Shown one piece after another: positions 36,056 through 51,984 of a DNA stretch of 64,000 nucleotides (position 1 is its first letter; the number at the start of each line of letters is the position of its first letter). The DNA is from Escherichia coli (GTDB lineage: Bacteria > Pseudomonadota > Gammaproteobacteria > Enterobacterales > Enterobacteriaceae). The stretch lies in assembly GCF_045037415.1 (NCBI RefSeq), contig NZ_CP173438.1. One strand, 5' to 3'. Below the pieces are notes generated by a model, which was not told where the DNA came from, did no database searches, and was given only the letters and a program-made list of their open reading frames with translations. The position numbers and the translations under genes are program-made.

Positions 36056-37234
36056 TTAACCCTGTACTTTTACCTGTCCGGCGGCGTGCTTCGCGCGTTC
36101 AATGGCGTCAACAACACTCTCTGCAGTAGCCAGTGCTACCCCCAGACGACGGCTGCCATCAATTTCCGGCTTACCAAATAAACGAATCTGCAAATCTGCG
36201 CCTACGGCATTCTGCACATTATCAAACGTGACATTCTGACTGGTCAGTTGCGGCAGGATAACGGCAGAAGCAGCAGGACCATACTGGCGGATCCCGCCAA
36301 CCGGAAGTCCGAGGAAGGCACGTACATGCAGGGCAAACTCCGAGAGATCCTGAGAAATTAGCGTCACCATCCCGGTGTCATGCGGGCGAGGGGAGACTTC
36401 ACTGAAAATCACCTCATCACCACAGACAAACAGCTCGACACCAAACAGCCCATAACCGCCAAGTGCCAGCACCACTTTACGGGCAATCTCCTGCGCACGT
36501 TCAAGGGCAAGCGGGCTCATTTGCTGTGGTTGCCAGGATTCACGATAGTCGCCATCTTCCTGGCGATGACCTACCGGTGCACAGAAATGGACGCCATCCA
36601 CCGCACTGACGGTTAGCAGGGTAATTTCGAAGTCAAACTTAACGACGCCTTCAACAATTACGCGGCCCGCTCCGGCGCGACCACCTTGCTGAGCGTACTC
36701 CCATGCATGAGCAAGTTGCTCTGCAGAACGAATAAACGTCTGCCCTTTACCGGAAGAACTCATCACCGGTTTAACAATACAGGGGTAGCCAATGGCGGCA
36801 ACCGCTTCGCGGAAAAGGTTTTCGCTATCGGCAAAACGATAAGTGGAAGTGGGCAGCTGCAGCTCTTCTGCCGCCAGGCGACGGATACCCTCGCGATTCA
36901 TCGTTAATTTCGTTGCGCGAGCGCAGGGGACAACATTCAGTCCTTCCTCTTCAAGTTGGATCAGCATATCGGTGGCAATAGCTTCGATCTCCGGCACGAT
37001 ATAATGTGGTTTTTCCAGTTCAACCACACGGCGTAATGCATCACCATCAAGCATATTAATGACATGGGAGCGATGCGCGACATGCATGGCTGGTGCGTCG
37101 GCATAGCGATCGACGGCAATCACCTCTACGCCGAGACGCTGACACTCGATTGCCACTTCTTTACCCAGTTCACCGGAGCCTAATAACATCACGCGAGTTG
37201 CTGCCGGACGCAGCGCAGTGCCTAATAACGTCAT
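36056..37234 (-). CDS. purT: Formate-dependent GAR transformylase PurT
   Basis: 392 aa; ATP-grasp; [26 protein letters not shown]. Confidence 0.95.
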   Translation of the reverse strand: MTLLGTALRPAATRVMLLGSGELGKEVAIECQRLGVEVIAVDRYADAPAMHVAHRSHVINMLDGDALRRVVELEKPHYIVPEIEAIATDMLIQLEEEGLNVVPCARATKLTMNREGIRRLAAEELQLPTSTYRFADSENLFREAVAAIGYPCIVKPVMSSSGKGQTFIRSAEQLAHAWEYAQQGGRAGAGRVIVEGVVKFDFEITLLTVSAVDGVHFCAPVGHRQEDGDYRESWQPQQMSPLALERAQEIARKVVLALGGYGLFGVELFVCGDEVIFSEVSPRPHDTGMVTLISQDLSEFALHVRAFLGLPVGGIRQYGPAASAVILPQLTSQNVTFDNVQNAVGADLQIRLFGKPEIDGSRRLGVALATAESVVDAIERAKHAAGQVKVQG

Positions 37235-37330
37235 AACGAATATCCCCTGATTAATTCCGCGCGCAGTATAAACGAAAACGTTTGCGTGTGTCTTTATTGC
37301 TGATGTTGATTTCCCAACTGAAAAGAAATA

Positions 37331-37350
37331 TACTGTATAAAACCACAGTT
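37331..37350 (+). promoter_or_regulatory. LexA (SOS) box upstream of yebG
   Basis: TACTGTATAAAACCACAGTT (CTGT-N8-ACAG) about 20 bp upstream of the yebG ATG. Confidence 0.7.
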
Positions 37351-37367
37351 ATTATGAGAGGCTGCAA

Positions 37368-37658
37368 ATGGCGGTTGAAGTTAAATACGTAGTCATTCGT
37401 GAGGGCGAAGAGAAAATGTCGTTTACCAGCAAAAAGGAAGCCGATGCTTATGACAAGATGCTTGATACGGCCGATCTGCTTGACACCTGGCTGACAAATT
37501 CTCCAGTGCAAATGGAAGACGAGCAACGTGAAGCCCTTTCGCTATGGCTGGCAGAACAAAAAGATGTGCTGAGCACCATTCTGAAAACCGGCAAATTACC
37601 GTCCCCACAGGTCGTCGGTGCTGAATCCGAAGAGGAAGATGCCTCACACGCGGCCTGA
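37368..37658 (+). CDS. yebG: DNA damage-inducible protein YebG
   Basis: 96 aa; MAVEVKYVVIREGEEKMSFTSKKEADAYDKMLD. Confidence 0.9.
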   Translation: MAVEVKYVVIREGEEKMSFTSKKEADAYDKMLDTADLLDTWLTNSPVQMEDEQREALSLWLAEQKDVLSTILKTGKLPSPQVVGAESEEEDASHAA

Positions 37659-37676
37659 AGCAACTTGCGCTCCTGA

Positions 37677-38081
<405 letters not shown>

Positions 38082-38407
38082 TGGCTTCTGATAATTCGAT
38101 TGACCGTTGGCGGATGCGGCGCGGGTGCCTTGTCCGCCCTACAACGCAACACAATCGTAGGCCTGAGAAGACGCAGTAGCGTCGAACCGGGCAATCAGCA
38201 TCAAACAGTTCCACTCAAAATGTCAAACTACTTTCACCTAAAATACCCTTATCACCTTATATACAGTGAACACCTTACCTGGCGCGAATTTCTTTGAATA
38301 ACGGCCTACCGCCCCGCTTATTTGCGCATCTTTTGTCTCGATATACATTTTCTGACATCCTCATCCGCTATGCTACAGGCACTAAAAATGGTTATTGAGG
38401 AGCAAAT

Positions 38408-39067
38408 ATGGCTAACTGGTTAAATCAACTGCAATCCCTGCTTGGGCAAAGCCGTTCTTCTACCTCCTCGTCTGCGGATCAGGGATTGGGCAAACTTTTA
38501 GTGCCTGGCGCATTAGGCGGACTGGCTGGGCTGCTGGTCGCAAATAAATCAGCACGTAAACTTCTTACGAAATATGGCACAAACGCGTTACTGGTTGGCG
38601 GCGGAGCGGTAGCGGGTACGGTGCTGTGGAATAAATACAAAGATAAAATTCGCGCGGCGCATCAGGACGAACCGCAGTTTGGCGCGCAAAGTACGCCGCT
38701 GGATGAGCGTACGGAACGTTTGATCCTTGCGCTGGTCTTTGCCGCTAAAAGTGATGGTCATATTGATGCCAAAGAACGTGCGGCAATCGACCTGCAATTG
38801 CGTGAAGCCGGTGTGGAAGAGAAGGGGCGTGTACTCATTGAGCAGGCAATCGAACAACCGCTGGATCCACAACGCCTGGCTACCGGGGTCCGCAATGAAG
38901 AAGAGGCGCTGGAAATCTATTTCCTGAGCTGCGCGGCTATTGATATTGACCATTTTATGGAACGCAGTTACCTGAATGCACTGGGTGATGCGCTGAAAAT
39001 CCCCCAGGACGTTCGTGAAGGCATTGAACGCGATCTCGAACAGCAAAAACGTACTTTGGCGGAGTAA
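38408..39067 (+). CDS. yebE: Inner membrane protein YebE (DUF533)
   Basis: 219 aa; conserved position. Confidence 0.9.
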   Translation: MANWLNQLQSLLGQSRSSTSSSADQGLGKLLVPGALGGLAGLLVANKSARKLLTKYGTNALLVGGGAVAGTVLWNKYKDKIRAAHQDEPQFGAQSTPLDERTERLILALVFAAKSDGHIDAKERAAIDLQLREAGVEEKGRVLIEQAIEQPLDPQRLATGVRNEEEALEIYFLSCAAIDIDHFMERSYLNALGDALKIPQDVREGIERDLEQQKRTLAE

Positions 39068-39248
39068 TTCCGCTCTCTGGATAGCCTGAAGTTGACTATT
39101 TCGGGTTATCCAGAACCGCACAGCCATTTGAACAGGCTGATTTTCTCTGTCTGCATAACAGTCGATATCCGCGCCATTACCTGTCATCATCTAAGCAATG
39201 ACTACCCTGTTTCGCTTGCATCCCCGGTGAGTTTTGCCACCCTTATAA

Positions 39249-41995
<2,747 letters not shown>

Positions 41996-42018
41996 GGCAT
42001 GCTCCAGGCCGAAAAAGC

Positions 42019-42675
42019 CTAGCGTAATGGAATGATATCGCCTTGCCAACCCTGTGATGAACGCTGACCGACTAACAATAATGAACCACGATCGGCGCGA
42101 ACGATGAGACGACCATGTTCATCCCATAGTGCACTGTTACCACGGGCATTTGCCATCAGCACAGCAATCGAGTACTGATGTGAAAAAAATTGTAAGCGAC
42201 GGGCCGACGCCAGCAGGTCGGGTTCTCCCAGACATTGCCCTGTCGTAAACAGTGAACAGGTCGGGTCCATATCCATACCTTGCGGTTGTTCATCGACCAC
42301 CGTGATGGTTCTGGAACGACGGCCCAGACATGCACCATAACTCTGATGGTAGATCCCTGGCGTTTTTCGCCACGGTGCGAATACCGCAATTCCACGAATA
42401 AAGCGATCGTTATATTCAACGGGAAGGCCGGCAATGATGGTCATTCGCCAGGTCGTTGCGGCATAACAAAGCGGGTCTAATAGCGAGAGATCGGGTGGGG
42501 CAGGAAGGGCACGTCGCGAATAATCACACCCCAGTAAAGAAAGCGATGGAAAAACTAACAGCTGACATTGTTGCCTGGCGGCGGCCCTCACAAACTCCAG
42601 ATGATGAGCTACCTGTTCGGTGAGTGAGGTTTTACGAGGCTCATATTGCGCTGCTGCAACTTTCCAGAACGACAT
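42019..42675 (-). CDS. yobB: Carbon-nitrogen hydrolase family protein YobB
   Basis: 218 aa; conserved position between exoX and holE. Confidence 0.8.
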   Translation of the reverse strand: MSFWKVAAAQYEPRKTSLTEQVAHHLEFVRAAARQQCQLLVFPSLSLLGCDYSRRALPAPPDLSLLDPLCYAATTWRMTIIAGLPVEYNDRFIRGIAVFAPWRKTPGIYHQSYGACLGRRSRTITVVDEQPQGMDMDPTCSLFTTGQCLGEPDLLASARRLQFFSHQYSIAVLMANARGNSALWDEHGRLIVRADRGSLLLVGQRSSQGWQGDIIPLR

Positions 42676-42776
42676 AATGACTTCCTTTTCAAAATGACTG
42701 CAAATTATGGGGGCGGTTTAGAAAATACTCATAATTTAGCAGGCATTATGTAAGAAAGTGTAACTATGTATAAGTT

Positions 42777-43007
42777 TTATTTAAGTTTGGGCTCGTAAGG
42801 TAAACGTGACAGATTGACCGAAGCCAAACGGTGGGCGATAAGCCGCTCGCGAAACCAGCTGCGCAAATGTTCAGGCTGTTCACGTTCAACCGCTTCAGCG
42901 ATCACTGGCATATTGTAGCGTTCTTTAAATGCCACCCCTGCCGCCGCCAAATCGACATTCACTTTATCCATTTCTGTTTGATCCAGTTTAGCCAGATTCT
43001 TCAGCAT
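42777..43007 (-). CDS. holE: DNA polymerase III theta subunit
   Basis: 76 aa from the ATG at 43007 ([27 protein letters not shown]). Confidence 0.9.
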
Positions 43008-43145
43008 TCTTAATCTCCTCATCATTCGCGGGCAAAAGTTACTAAGAGTGAGCCTTGATGGCAAGCCGGAATTGATGATCCTCGACTCAGACATTAGACA
43101 AGGTTATGCTCTGTAAAAAAGTTATTACAAAAAGGAATAGATAAT

Positions 43146-43520
43146 ATGGCTTCAACTGCACGCTCCCTTCGCTACGCGCTGGCAATCCTGACCACTTCGT
43201 TGGTGACACCTTCCGTCTGGGCACATGCGCATTTAACGCATCAGTATCCTGCGGCAAATGCACAAGTGACAGCAGCTCCGCAGGCAATCACTTTAAACTT
43301 CTCGGAAGGCGTTGAAACAGGATTCAGTGGCGCAAAAATCACGGGGCCAAAAAACGAAAATATTAAAACATTACCGGCGAAGCGTAATGAGCAGGACCAA
43401 AAGCAACTGATTGTTCCACTGGCCGATTCGCTGAAACCCGGAACCTACACCGTTGACTGGCATGTTGTTTCGGTGGATGGGCATAAAACGAAAGGACATT
43501 ACACCTTTAGCGTGAAATAA
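43146..43520 (+). CDS. yobA: CopC-like periplasmic copper-binding protein YobA
   Basis: 124 aa; signal peptide then mature HAHL; CopC fold pattern. Confidence 0.9.
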   Translation: MASTARSLRYALAILTTSLVTPSVWAHAHLTHQYPAANAQVTAAPQAITLNFSEGVETGFSGAKITGPKNENIKTLPAKRNEQDQKQLIVPLADSLKPGTYTVDWHVVSVDGHKTKGHYTFSVK

Positions 43521-43523
43521 ATC

Positions 43524-44396
43524 ATGCTGGCGTTTACCTGGATCGCGCTGCGATTTATCCATTTCACCTCGCTGATGCTGGTTTTTGGCTTCGCAATGTA
43601 CGGTGCCTGGCTGGCCCCCTTAACGATTCGTCGCTTGCTGACGAAGCGTTTTCTGCGTTTACAACAGCACGCTGCCGTCTGGAGTTTGATCAGTGCCACT
43701 GCAATGCTCGCCGTTCAGGGCGGGTTGATGGGAACGGGATGGTCAGATGTATTTTCGCCAAACATTTGGCTGGCTGTTTTGCAAACGCAGTTTGGTGGCG
43801 TCTGGTTATGGCAAATTGTTCTCGCCCTCGTAACATTGATCGTCGCCCTTATGCAACCGCAGAATATGCCACGTTTGCTATTTATGCTCACTACCGCGCA
43901 ATTTATTCTGCTGGCGGGAGTCGGTCATGCGACGCTGAATGAAGGGGTAACGGCGAAAATCCATCAGACTAATCATGCAATTCACCTGATCTGTGCGGCG
44001 GCGTGGTTTGGGGGATTACTGCCGGTGCTCTGGTGTATGCAACTCATCAAAGGCCGTTGGCGACACCAGGCTATTCAGGCGCTGATGCGTTTTTCCTGGT
44101 GCGGGCATTTTGCGGTGATCGGCGTACTGGCAAGCGGCGTGCTTAATGCATTGTTGATTACCGGATTTCCCCCCACGCTTACGACTCACTGGGGCCAACT
44201 CTTATTGCTCAAAGCCATCCTGGTGATGATTATGGTGGTCATCGCGCTGGCTAATCGTTATGTTCTTGTACCGCGCATGAGGCAGGATGAAGATCGTGCG
44301 GCTCCCTGGTTTGTCTGGATGACTAAACTCGAATGGGCGATAGGTGCGGTAGTGCTGGTGATCATCAGCCTGCTTGCGACTCTCGAACCTTTTTGA
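43524..44396 (+). CDS. yebZ: CopD-like inner membrane protein YebZ
   Basis: 290 aa; multi-TM; operon partner of yobA. Confidence 0.9.
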   Translation: MLAFTWIALRFIHFTSLMLVFGFAMYGAWLAPLTIRRLLTKRFLRLQQHAAVWSLISATAMLAVQGGLMGTGWSDVFSPNIWLAVLQTQFGGVWLWQIVLALVTLIVALMQPQNMPRLLFMLTTAQFILLAGVGHATLNEGVTAKIHQTNHAIHLICAAAWFGGLLPVLWCMQLIKGRWRHQAIQALMRFSWCGHFAVIGVLASGVLNALLITGFPPTLTTHWGQLLLLKAILVMIMVVIALANRYVLVPRMRQDEDRAAPWFVWMTKLEWAIGAVVLVIISLLATLEPF

Positions 44397-44408
44397 TGGA
44401 TTACGAAA

Positions 44409-44750
44409 ATGATGAAAAAAAGTATTCTGGCGTTTCTGTTACTCACCAGTTCTGCAGCTGCGCTGGCGGCACCGCAGGTGATTACCGTCAGCCGTTTTGA
44501 AGTAGGTAAAGACAAATGGGCGTTTAATCGCGAAGAGGTGATGCTGACTTGCCGACCGGGTAATGCTTTGTATGTCATTAACCCAAGTACTCTCGTGCAG
44601 TATCCTTTAAACGATATCGCACAAAAGGAAGTTGCCAGTGGGAAGACTAAAGCCCAACCCATTTCGGTGATTCAGATTGATGATCCTAACAATCCCGGCG
44701 AAAAAATGAGTCTGGCACCGTTTATAGAGCGAGCTGAAAAACTCTGTTAA
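44409..44750 (+). CDS. yebY: DUF2511 protein YebY
   Basis: 113 aa with signal peptide; conserved position. Confidence 0.85.
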   Translation: MMKKSILAFLLLTSSAAALAAPQVITVSRFEVGKDKWAFNREEVMLTCRPGNALYVINPSTLVQYPLNDIAQKEVASGKTKAQPISVIQIDDPNNPGEKMSLAPFIERAEKLC

Positions 44751-44781
44751 TTACCTAAAATAGCCTTTTGATTTCCAATAA

Positions 44782-44825
44782 AAAACCGCCTCAGTTCTTT
44801 CACCAGAACGGGCGGTTTTTAATAT
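44782..44825 (+). terminator. Rho-independent terminator after yebY
   Basis: Stem aaccgcc...ggcggtt followed by TTTTTAATATTT. Confidence 0.5.
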
Positions 44826-44907
44826 TTAAGCTGATGACCACCACGCTTTTTATTGACCATTTTGCACGCAAACTGGAAAACCTGGCGTCGTCATCTATTC
44901 TTAAAGA

Positions 44908-45010
44908 GCAAGGCAACTAAGCCTGCATTAATGCCAACTTTTAGCGCACGGCTCTCTCCCAAGAGCCATTTCCCTGGACCGAATACAGGAATCGTGTTCG
45001 GTCTCTTTTT
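44908..45010 (+). ncRNA. sdsR: SdsR (RyeB) small RNA; the RyeA/SraC antisense RNA is expected on the opposite strand
   Basis: GCAAGGCAACTAAGCCTGCATTAATGCCAACTTTTAGCGCACGGCTCTCTCCCAAGAGCCATTTCCCTGGACCGAATACAGGAATCGT(G)TTCGGTCTCTTTTT matches recalled SdsR, with a terminal hairpin and U-run, in the conserved yebY-pphA interval. Confidence 0.7.
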
Positions 45011-45144
45011 ATCTGTTAAAAGCCAGAAGCATTCCCTTCGCTGACTTTATAGTCAACCATAACACACACTCTACTGTTTGAGTCCAGCGTTTTTTAACAT
45101 TCTTGTTAAGATTATGTGATCTTTAGCGCGGGAGGAAAATATTG

Positions 45145-45801
45145 ATGAAACAGCCTGCGCCCGTTTATCAGAGAATTGCGGGTCATCAATGGCGACATAT
45201 CTGGCTTTCAGGCGATATACACGGTTGTCTTGAGCAATTGCGCCGCAAATTATGGCATTGTCGTTTTGATCCGTGGCGAGATTTACTTATCTCAGTGGGA
45301 GACGTTATCGATCGTGGGCCGCAAAGTTTACGTTGCCTGCAGTTACTGGAACAACATTGGGTTCGTGCGGTAAGAGGCAATCATGAACAGATGGCGATGG
45401 ATGCGCTGGCATCCCGGCAGATGTCTTTATGGTTGATGAATGGCGGCGACTGGTTTATTGCGCTGGCAGATAATCAACAGAAACAAGCGAAAACGGCGCT
45501 GGAAAAATGTCAGCATTTGCCCTTTATTCTTGAAGTACACAGCCGCACCGGCAAACATGTTATTGCTCATGCCGATTATCCAGATGATGTTTATGAATGG
45601 CAAAAGGACGTCGATTTGCATCAGGTCTTGTGGAGCCGCTCGCGATTAGGTGAACGCCAAAAAGGGCAGGGAATTGCAGGTGCTGATCATTTCTGGTTTG
45701 GTCATACACCTTTGCGCCATCGCGTGGATATTGGCAACCTGCATTATATTGATACCGGTGCTGTCTTTGGGGGAGAACTGACTCTTGTGCAATTGCAATA
45801 A
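45145..45801 (+). CDS. pphA: Serine/threonine protein phosphatase 1
   Basis: 218 aa; metallophosphatase motifs GDIHG, GDVIDRG, GNHE. Confidence 0.9.
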   Translation: MKQPAPVYQRIAGHQWRHIWLSGDIHGCLEQLRRKLWHCRFDPWRDLLISVGDVIDRGPQSLRCLQLLEQHWVRAVRGNHEQMAMDALASRQMSLWLMNGGDWFIALADNQQKQAKTALEKCQHLPFILEVHSRTGKHVIAHADYPDDVYEWQKDVDLHQVLWSRSRLGERQKGQGIAGADHFWFGHTPLRHRVDIGNLHYIDTGAVFGGELTLVQLQ

Positions 45802-46077
45802 TTAAAAATCACCGTACTCCTGTGCAGGTCGCCAGAAACCATCTATAAAATCCTCAATCGGAAAACAACCGCCATGGCGGATCCGTTGATCGCTCATAGA
45901 ATAAAGACACTGCTGTTCCGTGTTGTAGACATCCACAACAATATCTTCACAACCGCCATCCAGGTAGCAAACAAAAAGTACCAGCGCGAACATTTCATCC
46001 CCGAAGTGTGGTGCCGTACCGTTAAGTTTAGGAGAGATTTTACAACGGGGGAATAACCCGGACAAATAACCCGCCAT
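45802..46077 (-). CDS. yebW: Small conserved protein (yebW position); start uncertain
   Basis: ORF in the conserved slot between pphA and yebV; true start is probably internal. Confidence 0.5.
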   Translation of the reverse strand: MAGYLSGLFPRCKISPKLNGTAPHFGDEMFALVLFVCYLDGGCEDIVVDVYNTEQQCLYSMSDQRIRHGGCFPIEDFIDGFWRPAQEYGDF

Positions 46078-46097
46078 GCCGACGGGTTCTTTTTGGA

Positions 46098-46334
46098 TCA
46101 GGCAAGACGCATAATCCAGGCATCAGATTGTTGATCGTAACGGGTACGGTAAAGGACAGAGTGTTCGCCATTTAGCAGGGCAGGGATACTGGTTTCAGCA
46201 TCCCAGGCATCCAGTTGCATACATAAATCGGGGTCTGATTTACAAGGAATGGTTAACGTTCGATCACCCGGCGATTCGCCGTGTAATTCGCCGTCGTCGA
46301 TTTCAAAAGCGCCTATGCGCACACTGGTTTTCAT
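46098..46334 (-). CDS. yebV: YebV (DUF1480)
   Basis: 78 aa from the internal ATG (MKTSVRIGAFEIDDGELHGESPGDRTL). Confidence 0.8.
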   Translation of the reverse strand: MKTSVRIGAFEIDDGELHGESPGDRTLTIPCKSDPDLCMQLDAWDAETSIPALLNGEHSVLYRTRYDQQSDAWIMRLA

Positions 46335-46450
46335 CTTCGTGCTCTCCATTTAGCTGCCGGTTGTGGTACGACCAGTCCGATCGCACCATTTTTCAGCCTA
46401 GTTGAGGCAGTCGAATGTGCCAGTCAAAAAGTGCGCTTTTTTGTGCGCTG

Positions 46451-47896
46451 TCAGGCGTTACCGGTAAAAAGTTTCCCGTCGCGCACCAGTTCACGCGGGT
46501 AGCTGTTTTTCAGTCGTGAACCAATCCGTTTGGCTAAACCAATCGGCTGATGCTGGAAAGTAACCAATACATCATCCGCCACTGGCGCGGCATGCGGGTA
46601 TACATCGCGCCCGCGATACCACTCCTCCGCTTCCTGCGGTGTCAGTTCAAAAGCGTTCACATTGTCGGGGGAGGCAAGGGCAATAACGGCCTCATGCTGC
46701 CAGCGATAACCTTTGTTGTGCGTTTCGGCAAGTTTAATCCCCAAGCGAGAAAATCGGACTTTACCGATCAGGGCTTCAATGCCCACCGGGAACAACCACA
46801 GTTCTTTGTCACGCTGCCAGAGTCGCAGGTTTTCATCCCAGTTTAAGCCAACACTTGCAGCCGCCTGACGAATTTGACCGGCTTCGCGATCTTTCACTGG
46901 GCTAAACGGGAAATTGCCCACTTTGTATTTTGGGGCGGGTAAGACGGGGATCGCCTGAGTTTTACGCAGACGAGCAACGAAGAAGCCTTCGCAGTCGTAA
47001 ATTTGTGGGAAAACATGCAAAAAGCCTTCCTCGGTCAGCGCCTTGTTTGCACCAGGGAAGAGATCGCCAAGCGGTAAAAACTCTACTGCGTCGGGGTAAG
47101 TCTCTTTCAGCCACAGGCAAACGGCTTCGTTTTCTTCCCGGTTTAAGGTACAGGTCGAGTAAACCAGCGTACCGCCAGGACGTAATGCATGAAAGGCGCT
47201 GTCGATCAGCTCCCGTTGGGTCGCTGCGATTTCCTGATTGCTTTCTGGTGACCAGTTTTTTAGCGCATCGGGATCTTTACGCACCACGCCTTCGCCGGAG
47301 CAGGGAGCGTCCAGCAAAATGGCATCGAACATTTCTGGCACTGCCGCACCAAATACGCGGCCATCAAAATGCGTGAGCGCAACATTACTGATGCCACAGC
47401 GGCTGATATTGGCATGTAACACTTTTACCCGACTGGCGGAAAACTCATTGGCAAGGATTGCCCCTTCGTTATTCATCCGCGCGGCAATTTGCGTCGTTTT
47501 GGAACCTGGTGCAGCAGCGACATCCATCACCCGCTGTGGTGCATTACCGTCAGCAAACAAGGCGGCAACAGGCAACATTGAACTGGCTTCCTGAATATAA
47601 AACAGGCCGCTTAAATGCTCGGCGGTACTACCCAACGGCAATGCATCTTCATTGTCGCGTTCAATCCAGAAACCTTCTTCACACCACGGAATTGGCGTAA
47701 GCGTCCAGCCATAAGGAGCGGTTAATTGCAGGAAATCAGCAACGGAGGTTTTCAGCGTATTAACGCGAATGCTGCGGCGCAACGGGCGCTGACAGGCGGC
47801 AAGAAAATCATCAAAAGAGAGCGTCGAAGGCATCGCTTCGCGCATTTGTGTCAGAAAGGCGTCCGGGAAATAAACGGTGTGTTGGGCCACGAGCAT
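46451..47896 (-). CDS. rsmF: 16S rRNA m5C1407 methyltransferase RsmF
   Basis: About 480 aa; SAM-dependent MTase motifs ([22 protein letters not shown]). Confidence 0.9.
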   Translation of the reverse strand: MLVAQHTVYFPDAFLTQMREAMPSTLSFDDFLAACQRPLRRSIRVNTLKTSVADFLQLTAPYGWTLTPIPWCEEGFWIERDNEDALPLGSTAEHLSGLFYIQEASSMLPVAALFADGNAPQRVMDVAAAPGSKTTQIAARMNNEGAILANEFSASRVKVLHANISRCGISNVALTHFDGRVFGAAVPEMFDAILLDAPCSGEGVVRKDPDALKNWSPESNQEIAATQRELIDSAFHALRPGGTLVYSTCTLNREENEAVCLWLKETYPDAVEFLPLGDLFPGANKALTEEGFLHVFPQIYDCEGFFVARLRKTQAIPVLPAPKYKVGNFPFSPVKDREAGQIRQAAASVGLNWDENLRLWQRDKELWLFPVGIEALIGKVRFSRLGIKLAETHNKGYRWQHEAVIALASPDNVNAFELTPQEAEEWYRGRDVYPHAAPVADDVLVTFQHQPIGLAKRIGSRLKNSYPRELVRDGKLFTGNA

Positions 47897-47969
47897 ATAC
47901 CACTGGCAAAAAAACAGGCGTGCAGTTTAGCATAAACGCTCCGGCGCAGGCACGCCGGAGCAGTGGGCA

Positions 47970-50603
47970 TTATTTGGGAAGCGCAGTTCCCCATTCACGC
48001 CACTCTTTCGGTTCACTTTCCTGCAACAGGAAGTGCTTGCCTTCCTGGGCTTTCGGTGCCAGTGGCGTACCCGGAGGCGTGGCGAAGGCGATGCCGCCAC
48101 GGATAAACTGGTTAAAGGTGCCGGTTTTCACTACGCCGCCCGTCAGACCAAAGTCCAGACTGTAACCCGATGCCAACCAGAAGACGGAATTGTTACGCAC
48201 CAGGTGTTGATAGCGTTTACTGATGCGCATCGCAATCATCACGCGATCTGACAATGTCCCCAGCGTCATTCCGGTAACCGTACCTACTTCCAGACCACGG
48301 AACAGCACAGGTGTACCGATACCTAACGAACCGGCTTCCGGCGCTTCAACAATAATGCTTAAGCCATCCAGGTAACGCGAATCAGTAATGGTGGCCTCTT
48401 GTAATTCAAAGTCGCGGCGAGGATTGCCCCGGCCTGGTTCGACGTTGATATACGGCTGGAGGATAGTATCAAGATGCTCAACGCCAGCTGCCGAAATTTG
48501 CGGTGTGACCACTGAGAAGCGCGTACCACCGCGAGCAAAGGTCTGGACATATTCCGGATAGAGCACCGCCTTTGCCTGTACTTCATTGCGCGCGGTAATC
48601 AGATCCAGCGTCTGGATTTGCCCGATATCAATACCGAGATAGCGAATTGGCATCCCGACCGCCAGTTTTCCGGCATCGAAAGCGTGAAGCGTAATTTGCC
48701 CGCCAACCGCACGGGCCGCTGTTTCGGAAGCATACAGAATACGCTTGTCGCCTTTACGCTGACTGGCGCTGGCACCGCTGAGGTTATCGAAGCTAATAGC
48801 CCCCTTTAATGCTCTGGAGAGCGGGGATGCCTGTACGGTCAGGCCACTACCATTCAGCTGAACTTTCGCCCCACCTTCTGCCCAGAACACGCTGTTGCTG
48901 GTCAGAAGGTTGCGATACTCCGGTTTAATATGCAGATCGATATCAAACGCGTTAGCTCGCGGACGCACAGTAATAACTTCACCAACTTCAAATTTACGGT
49001 ACAGCACTACCGATCCTGCCTGCACATCCGGCAGCGTCTCTGCACTCAAACTCACGGTTGTGGTGGGTAAATCGCTAAGGCTGTTCTCCAGCGCTTTTTC
49101 CAGATTGGCATACAGTGGATAGCTGGCTTTCATCTCGCCTTTATCGCCCGGCAGAATACGTATTCCGCCATTGATCCATTCTGAGGCGCTGGCACCGAGA
49201 AACTCAACGCCATCCAGCCCCACCTTCACGTCGACACGGCTGTTGACGACAAATTTGCTATCGCCTTTTACCAGTTCGCGATGCTGAGGCTCGATGGCGA
49301 CGGTAAAGGTGACGCCTTTGCTGGTGAGTTTACGATCGATAACCTGGCCTACCTGCACGCCGTGAAGAATGAGCGGCTGACCAGCATCAATACCGTAACT
49401 TTCTGGTGCTGTCAGGGTCAGTGTCAGAACATCCGGCTCTTGCAGCAGGGCTTTTTCGCCTGGCACAACCACGAACTCCTTACGTGGCTCGCCATCGCCG
49501 GGCACCAGTTCGAAGGTTTTGCCGGTCAGCAGGGCACTGAGATTAGCATCGCTAAGGGATAATTTTGGATTACGTAATTCGATGCGGGTATTTTCACGAA
49601 GCAGGGTGACGACGCTGGGATCAACGGTCATTTCCCCAGTGACTTTACCACCAGGATTTAAATCCAGTTTAGTCAGCTGTCCGACTTCCAGCCCCTGATA
49701 CATTAACGGCGTCGAGTCGGCGGTTAATCCGGCACCGCCTGGCAGTTCCAGTTTTATTATTACGCCACGTTGGCTATGGGCCAGGTCTTCATACAGACCA
49801 AAGGTATCTTCCGCTTCGGCAGGTTTCGACTCTTCAGGTGAATCGAAGGCAATCGCACCGTTAACCAGTGCCGCCAGACTTTCCAGTTTCACCTTCGCGC
49901 CACTGATACTGACGTTGGCATCAACGCCGGAAACGTTCCAGAAACGGCTACCTTTTTTCACCAGATCGGTAAAACGCCGCTCGATCAGGACATCAATCAC
50001 CACGCCTTGCTTGTTGGGATTGATGGCATAGTCGTAGACTTTACCCACCGGGATCTTGCGGAAATAGACCAATGAACCACTGCTCAGTGAACCGAGATCG
50101 GGGGCTTGCAGGTGGATCATCAGATCGCCATTGTCCAGCCGATATTTCGGTTGGGTGTCGAGTGCGACAAAGTGATCCTGCTCTTTACCTTTACCCGGCA
50201 TCATGCCGATATAATTACCACCGACGAGGGCGTCCAGCCCGGAGACACCTGCCAACGAGGCCTTTGGCGTCACCAACCAGAACTGTGTCTCTTCGCGCAG
50301 CGCATCTTTCATATCGGACTTGATGCTGACCTTGACTTCAATCTTACGAAGATCGTCGCTGAGGCTGATATCCTGCACTGTTCCAACTTCAACGCCCTGA
50401 TAACGAACAGGCGTACGGCCTGGAACAATACCATCCGCCGACATAAAGTCGATGGTGACAGTATTGCCCCGGTCCTGATAACTGTCCCAAATCAGCCAAC
50501 CAGCAATCATTAGCGCGATGAACGGCAGCAGCCAGAAAGGTGAGATACGGCGTTTATTTTTAATCTGCGCTTCAGTCGTCGAAGCGGGCGTTTCCTGACT
50601 CAT
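47970..50603 (-). CDS. letB: MCE-domain envelope-spanning tunnel protein LetB (YebT)
   Basis: 877 aa from the ATG at 50603 ([28 protein letters not shown]); multiple MCE repeats. Confidence 0.9.
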   Translation of the reverse strand: MSQETPASTTEAQIKNKRRISPFWLLPFIALMIAGWLIWDSYQDRGNTVTIDFMSADGIVPGRTPVRYQGVEVGTVQDISLSDDLRKIEVKVSIKSDMKDALREETQFWLVTPKASLAGVSGLDALVGGNYIGMMPGKGKEQDHFVALDTQPKYRLDNGDLMIHLQAPDLGSLSSGSLVYFRKIPVGKVYDYAINPNKQGVVIDVLIERRFTDLVKKGSRFWNVSGVDANVSISGAKVKLESLAALVNGAIAFDSPEESKPAEAEDTFGLYEDLAHSQRGVIIKLELPGGAGLTADSTPLMYQGLEVGQLTKLDLNPGGKVTGEMTVDPSVVTLLRENTRIELRNPKLSLSDANLSALLTGKTFELVPGDGEPRKEFVVVPGEKALLQEPDVLTLTLTAPESYGIDAGQPLILHGVQVGQVIDRKLTSKGVTFTVAIEPQHRELVKGDSKFVVNSRVDVKVGLDGVEFLGASASEWINGGIRILPGDKGEMKASYPLYANLEKALENSLSDLPTTTVSLSAETLPDVQAGSVVLYRKFEVGEVITVRPRANAFDIDLHIKPEYRNLLTSNSVFWAEGGAKVQLNGSGLTVQASPLSRALKGAISFDNLSGASASQRKGDKRILYASETAARAVGGQITLHAFDAGKLAVGMPIRYLGIDIGQIQTLDLITARNEVQAKAVLYPEYVQTFARGGTRFSVVTPQISAAGVEHLDTILQPYINVEPGRGNPRRDFELQEATITDSRYLDGLSIIVEAPEAGSLGIGTPVLFRGLEVGTVTGMTLGTLSDRVMIAMRISKRYQHLVRNNSVFWLASGYSLDFGLTGGVVKTGTFNQFIRGGIAFATPPGTPLAPKAQEGKHFLLQESEPKEWREWGTALPK

Positions 50604-51855
50604 GTGCATCCCAAAGTAAGCGGCTGTCCAGCCATTCCACAGCAAGAATAGTCAAAATTACCGCTGCGCCGAAATAAAACGCAGCCGGTCCCATAGTAAA
50701 AGCGAGGATCTGATCGCGATTAATCAGCGACATGGTTAAAGATATGACAAACAGGTCGAGCATCGACCAGCGACCAATCCAGGTCACCATCCGCAGTAAC
50801 AGAATGCGTGTGCGTAAACCTTGCTGGCATTTAAAATGAATACTCAACAGTAAAGTGAACATGACGATCACTTTAGTAAACGGTACCAGAATACTGGCGA
50901 TAAACACGATTCCCGCAACTGCAATGTTGCTACTTGCCAGCGACATAATTCCGGAAAGAATCGTATCTTCCTGCCGACCACCATTCAGATAAATGATAGA
51001 GATAGGCAACAGGTTGGCAGGTAACAACAAAACGATTGACGCTAACAGCGCCGCCCAGCATTTTTGCAGACTATGACGGCGACGCAGGAGTAGCGGGATA
51101 TGGCAACGCGGGCAGCGACCACGCTGATCAGGATAGCCGGTAAAATGGCACCCAAGACAGACACGGAGTTTCTCGTCCCTTCGCGTAGCGGGGCGCTGCG
51201 GATAAAATCGCTCCCACAGTTCTTCGACATTAAGATGTGACAACGTCACCGTCGTTAAAATCACCAACGCCACAAAAGAGAACAAGCCGACCCCCGCCTG
51301 GATATGGGCATAATCCTGTACCTTTATAGAAGCAACGCCAATGCCGACCAGGTAGATATCCAACATCACCCACTCTTTCAGCCGCTCAAGCATCAGCAGT
51401 ACCGGGCGTAAATTCATTCCCAATCGGTTACCAAACCATAAATAAGCTATGGAGGTCACCAGAATGAGGGGGGCACCGATAACGCAGAAAAAGACCATCG
51501 CCCCCGTTATCGCATCGCCCTGTTTGGTCATTTGCCAGATGCCTTGCATAACGTTGGCGTCAATACGAATGCCTAACAGCCAGATATGCAACAGCGGTTC
51601 GCCCCAGGCAAACGGCATAAGCAACAGCATGGTGAAGGCCATTGCCGCCAGGCGCGTTAGCGACCAGTCGCGCCCGTCACGAATTTTTGCCTGACAGCGC
51701 GGACAATAGGCACTTTGATGAGAATTTATCTCGGGCAGGCTAAACAGCATGTCACATTGCGGGCAACGTTGGTAATCACCACGCGGCAGTTCCTCGCCGA
51801 TAGCCCTCACTGTTATCTTCTTTGTCGGCGTAATTTGTGGTGTGTTAAGAGCCAT
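50572..51855 (-). CDS. letA: LetA (YebS) PqiA-family inner membrane protein
   Basis: 427 aa; two CxxC zinc-ribbon pairs and duplicated TM modules; overlaps the letB start. Confidence 0.9.
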   Translation of the reverse strand: MALNTPQITPTKKITVRAIGEELPRGDYQRCPQCDMLFSLPEINSHQSAYCPRCQAKIRDGRDWSLTRLAAMAFTMLLLMPFAWGEPLLHIWLLGIRIDANVMQGIWQMTKQGDAITGAMVFFCVIGAPLILVTSIAYLWFGNRLGMNLRPVLLMLERLKEWVMLDIYLVGIGVASIKVQDYAHIQAGVGLFSFVALVILTTVTLSHLNVEELWERFYPQRPATRRDEKLRVCLGCHFTGYPDQRGRCPRCHIPLLLRRRHSLQKCWAALLASIVLLLPANLLPISIIYLNGGRQEDTILSGIMSLASSNIAVAGIVFIASILVPFTKVIVMFTLLLSIHFKCQQGLRTRILLLRMVTWIGRWSMLDLFVISLTMSLINRDQILAFTMGPAAFYFGAAVILTILAVEWLDSRLLWDAHESGNARFDD

Positions 51856-51984
51856 GACGTGCCAAATGTAATAAGAATTAACATTAATCTTAACCCATGA
51901 TGGGAATGATCTTGAGCATTAACGCATTTAATGCTTATTTTAATAGGCTGGCAGTTCCAGGTAAGACAACCAAGTGATTATATA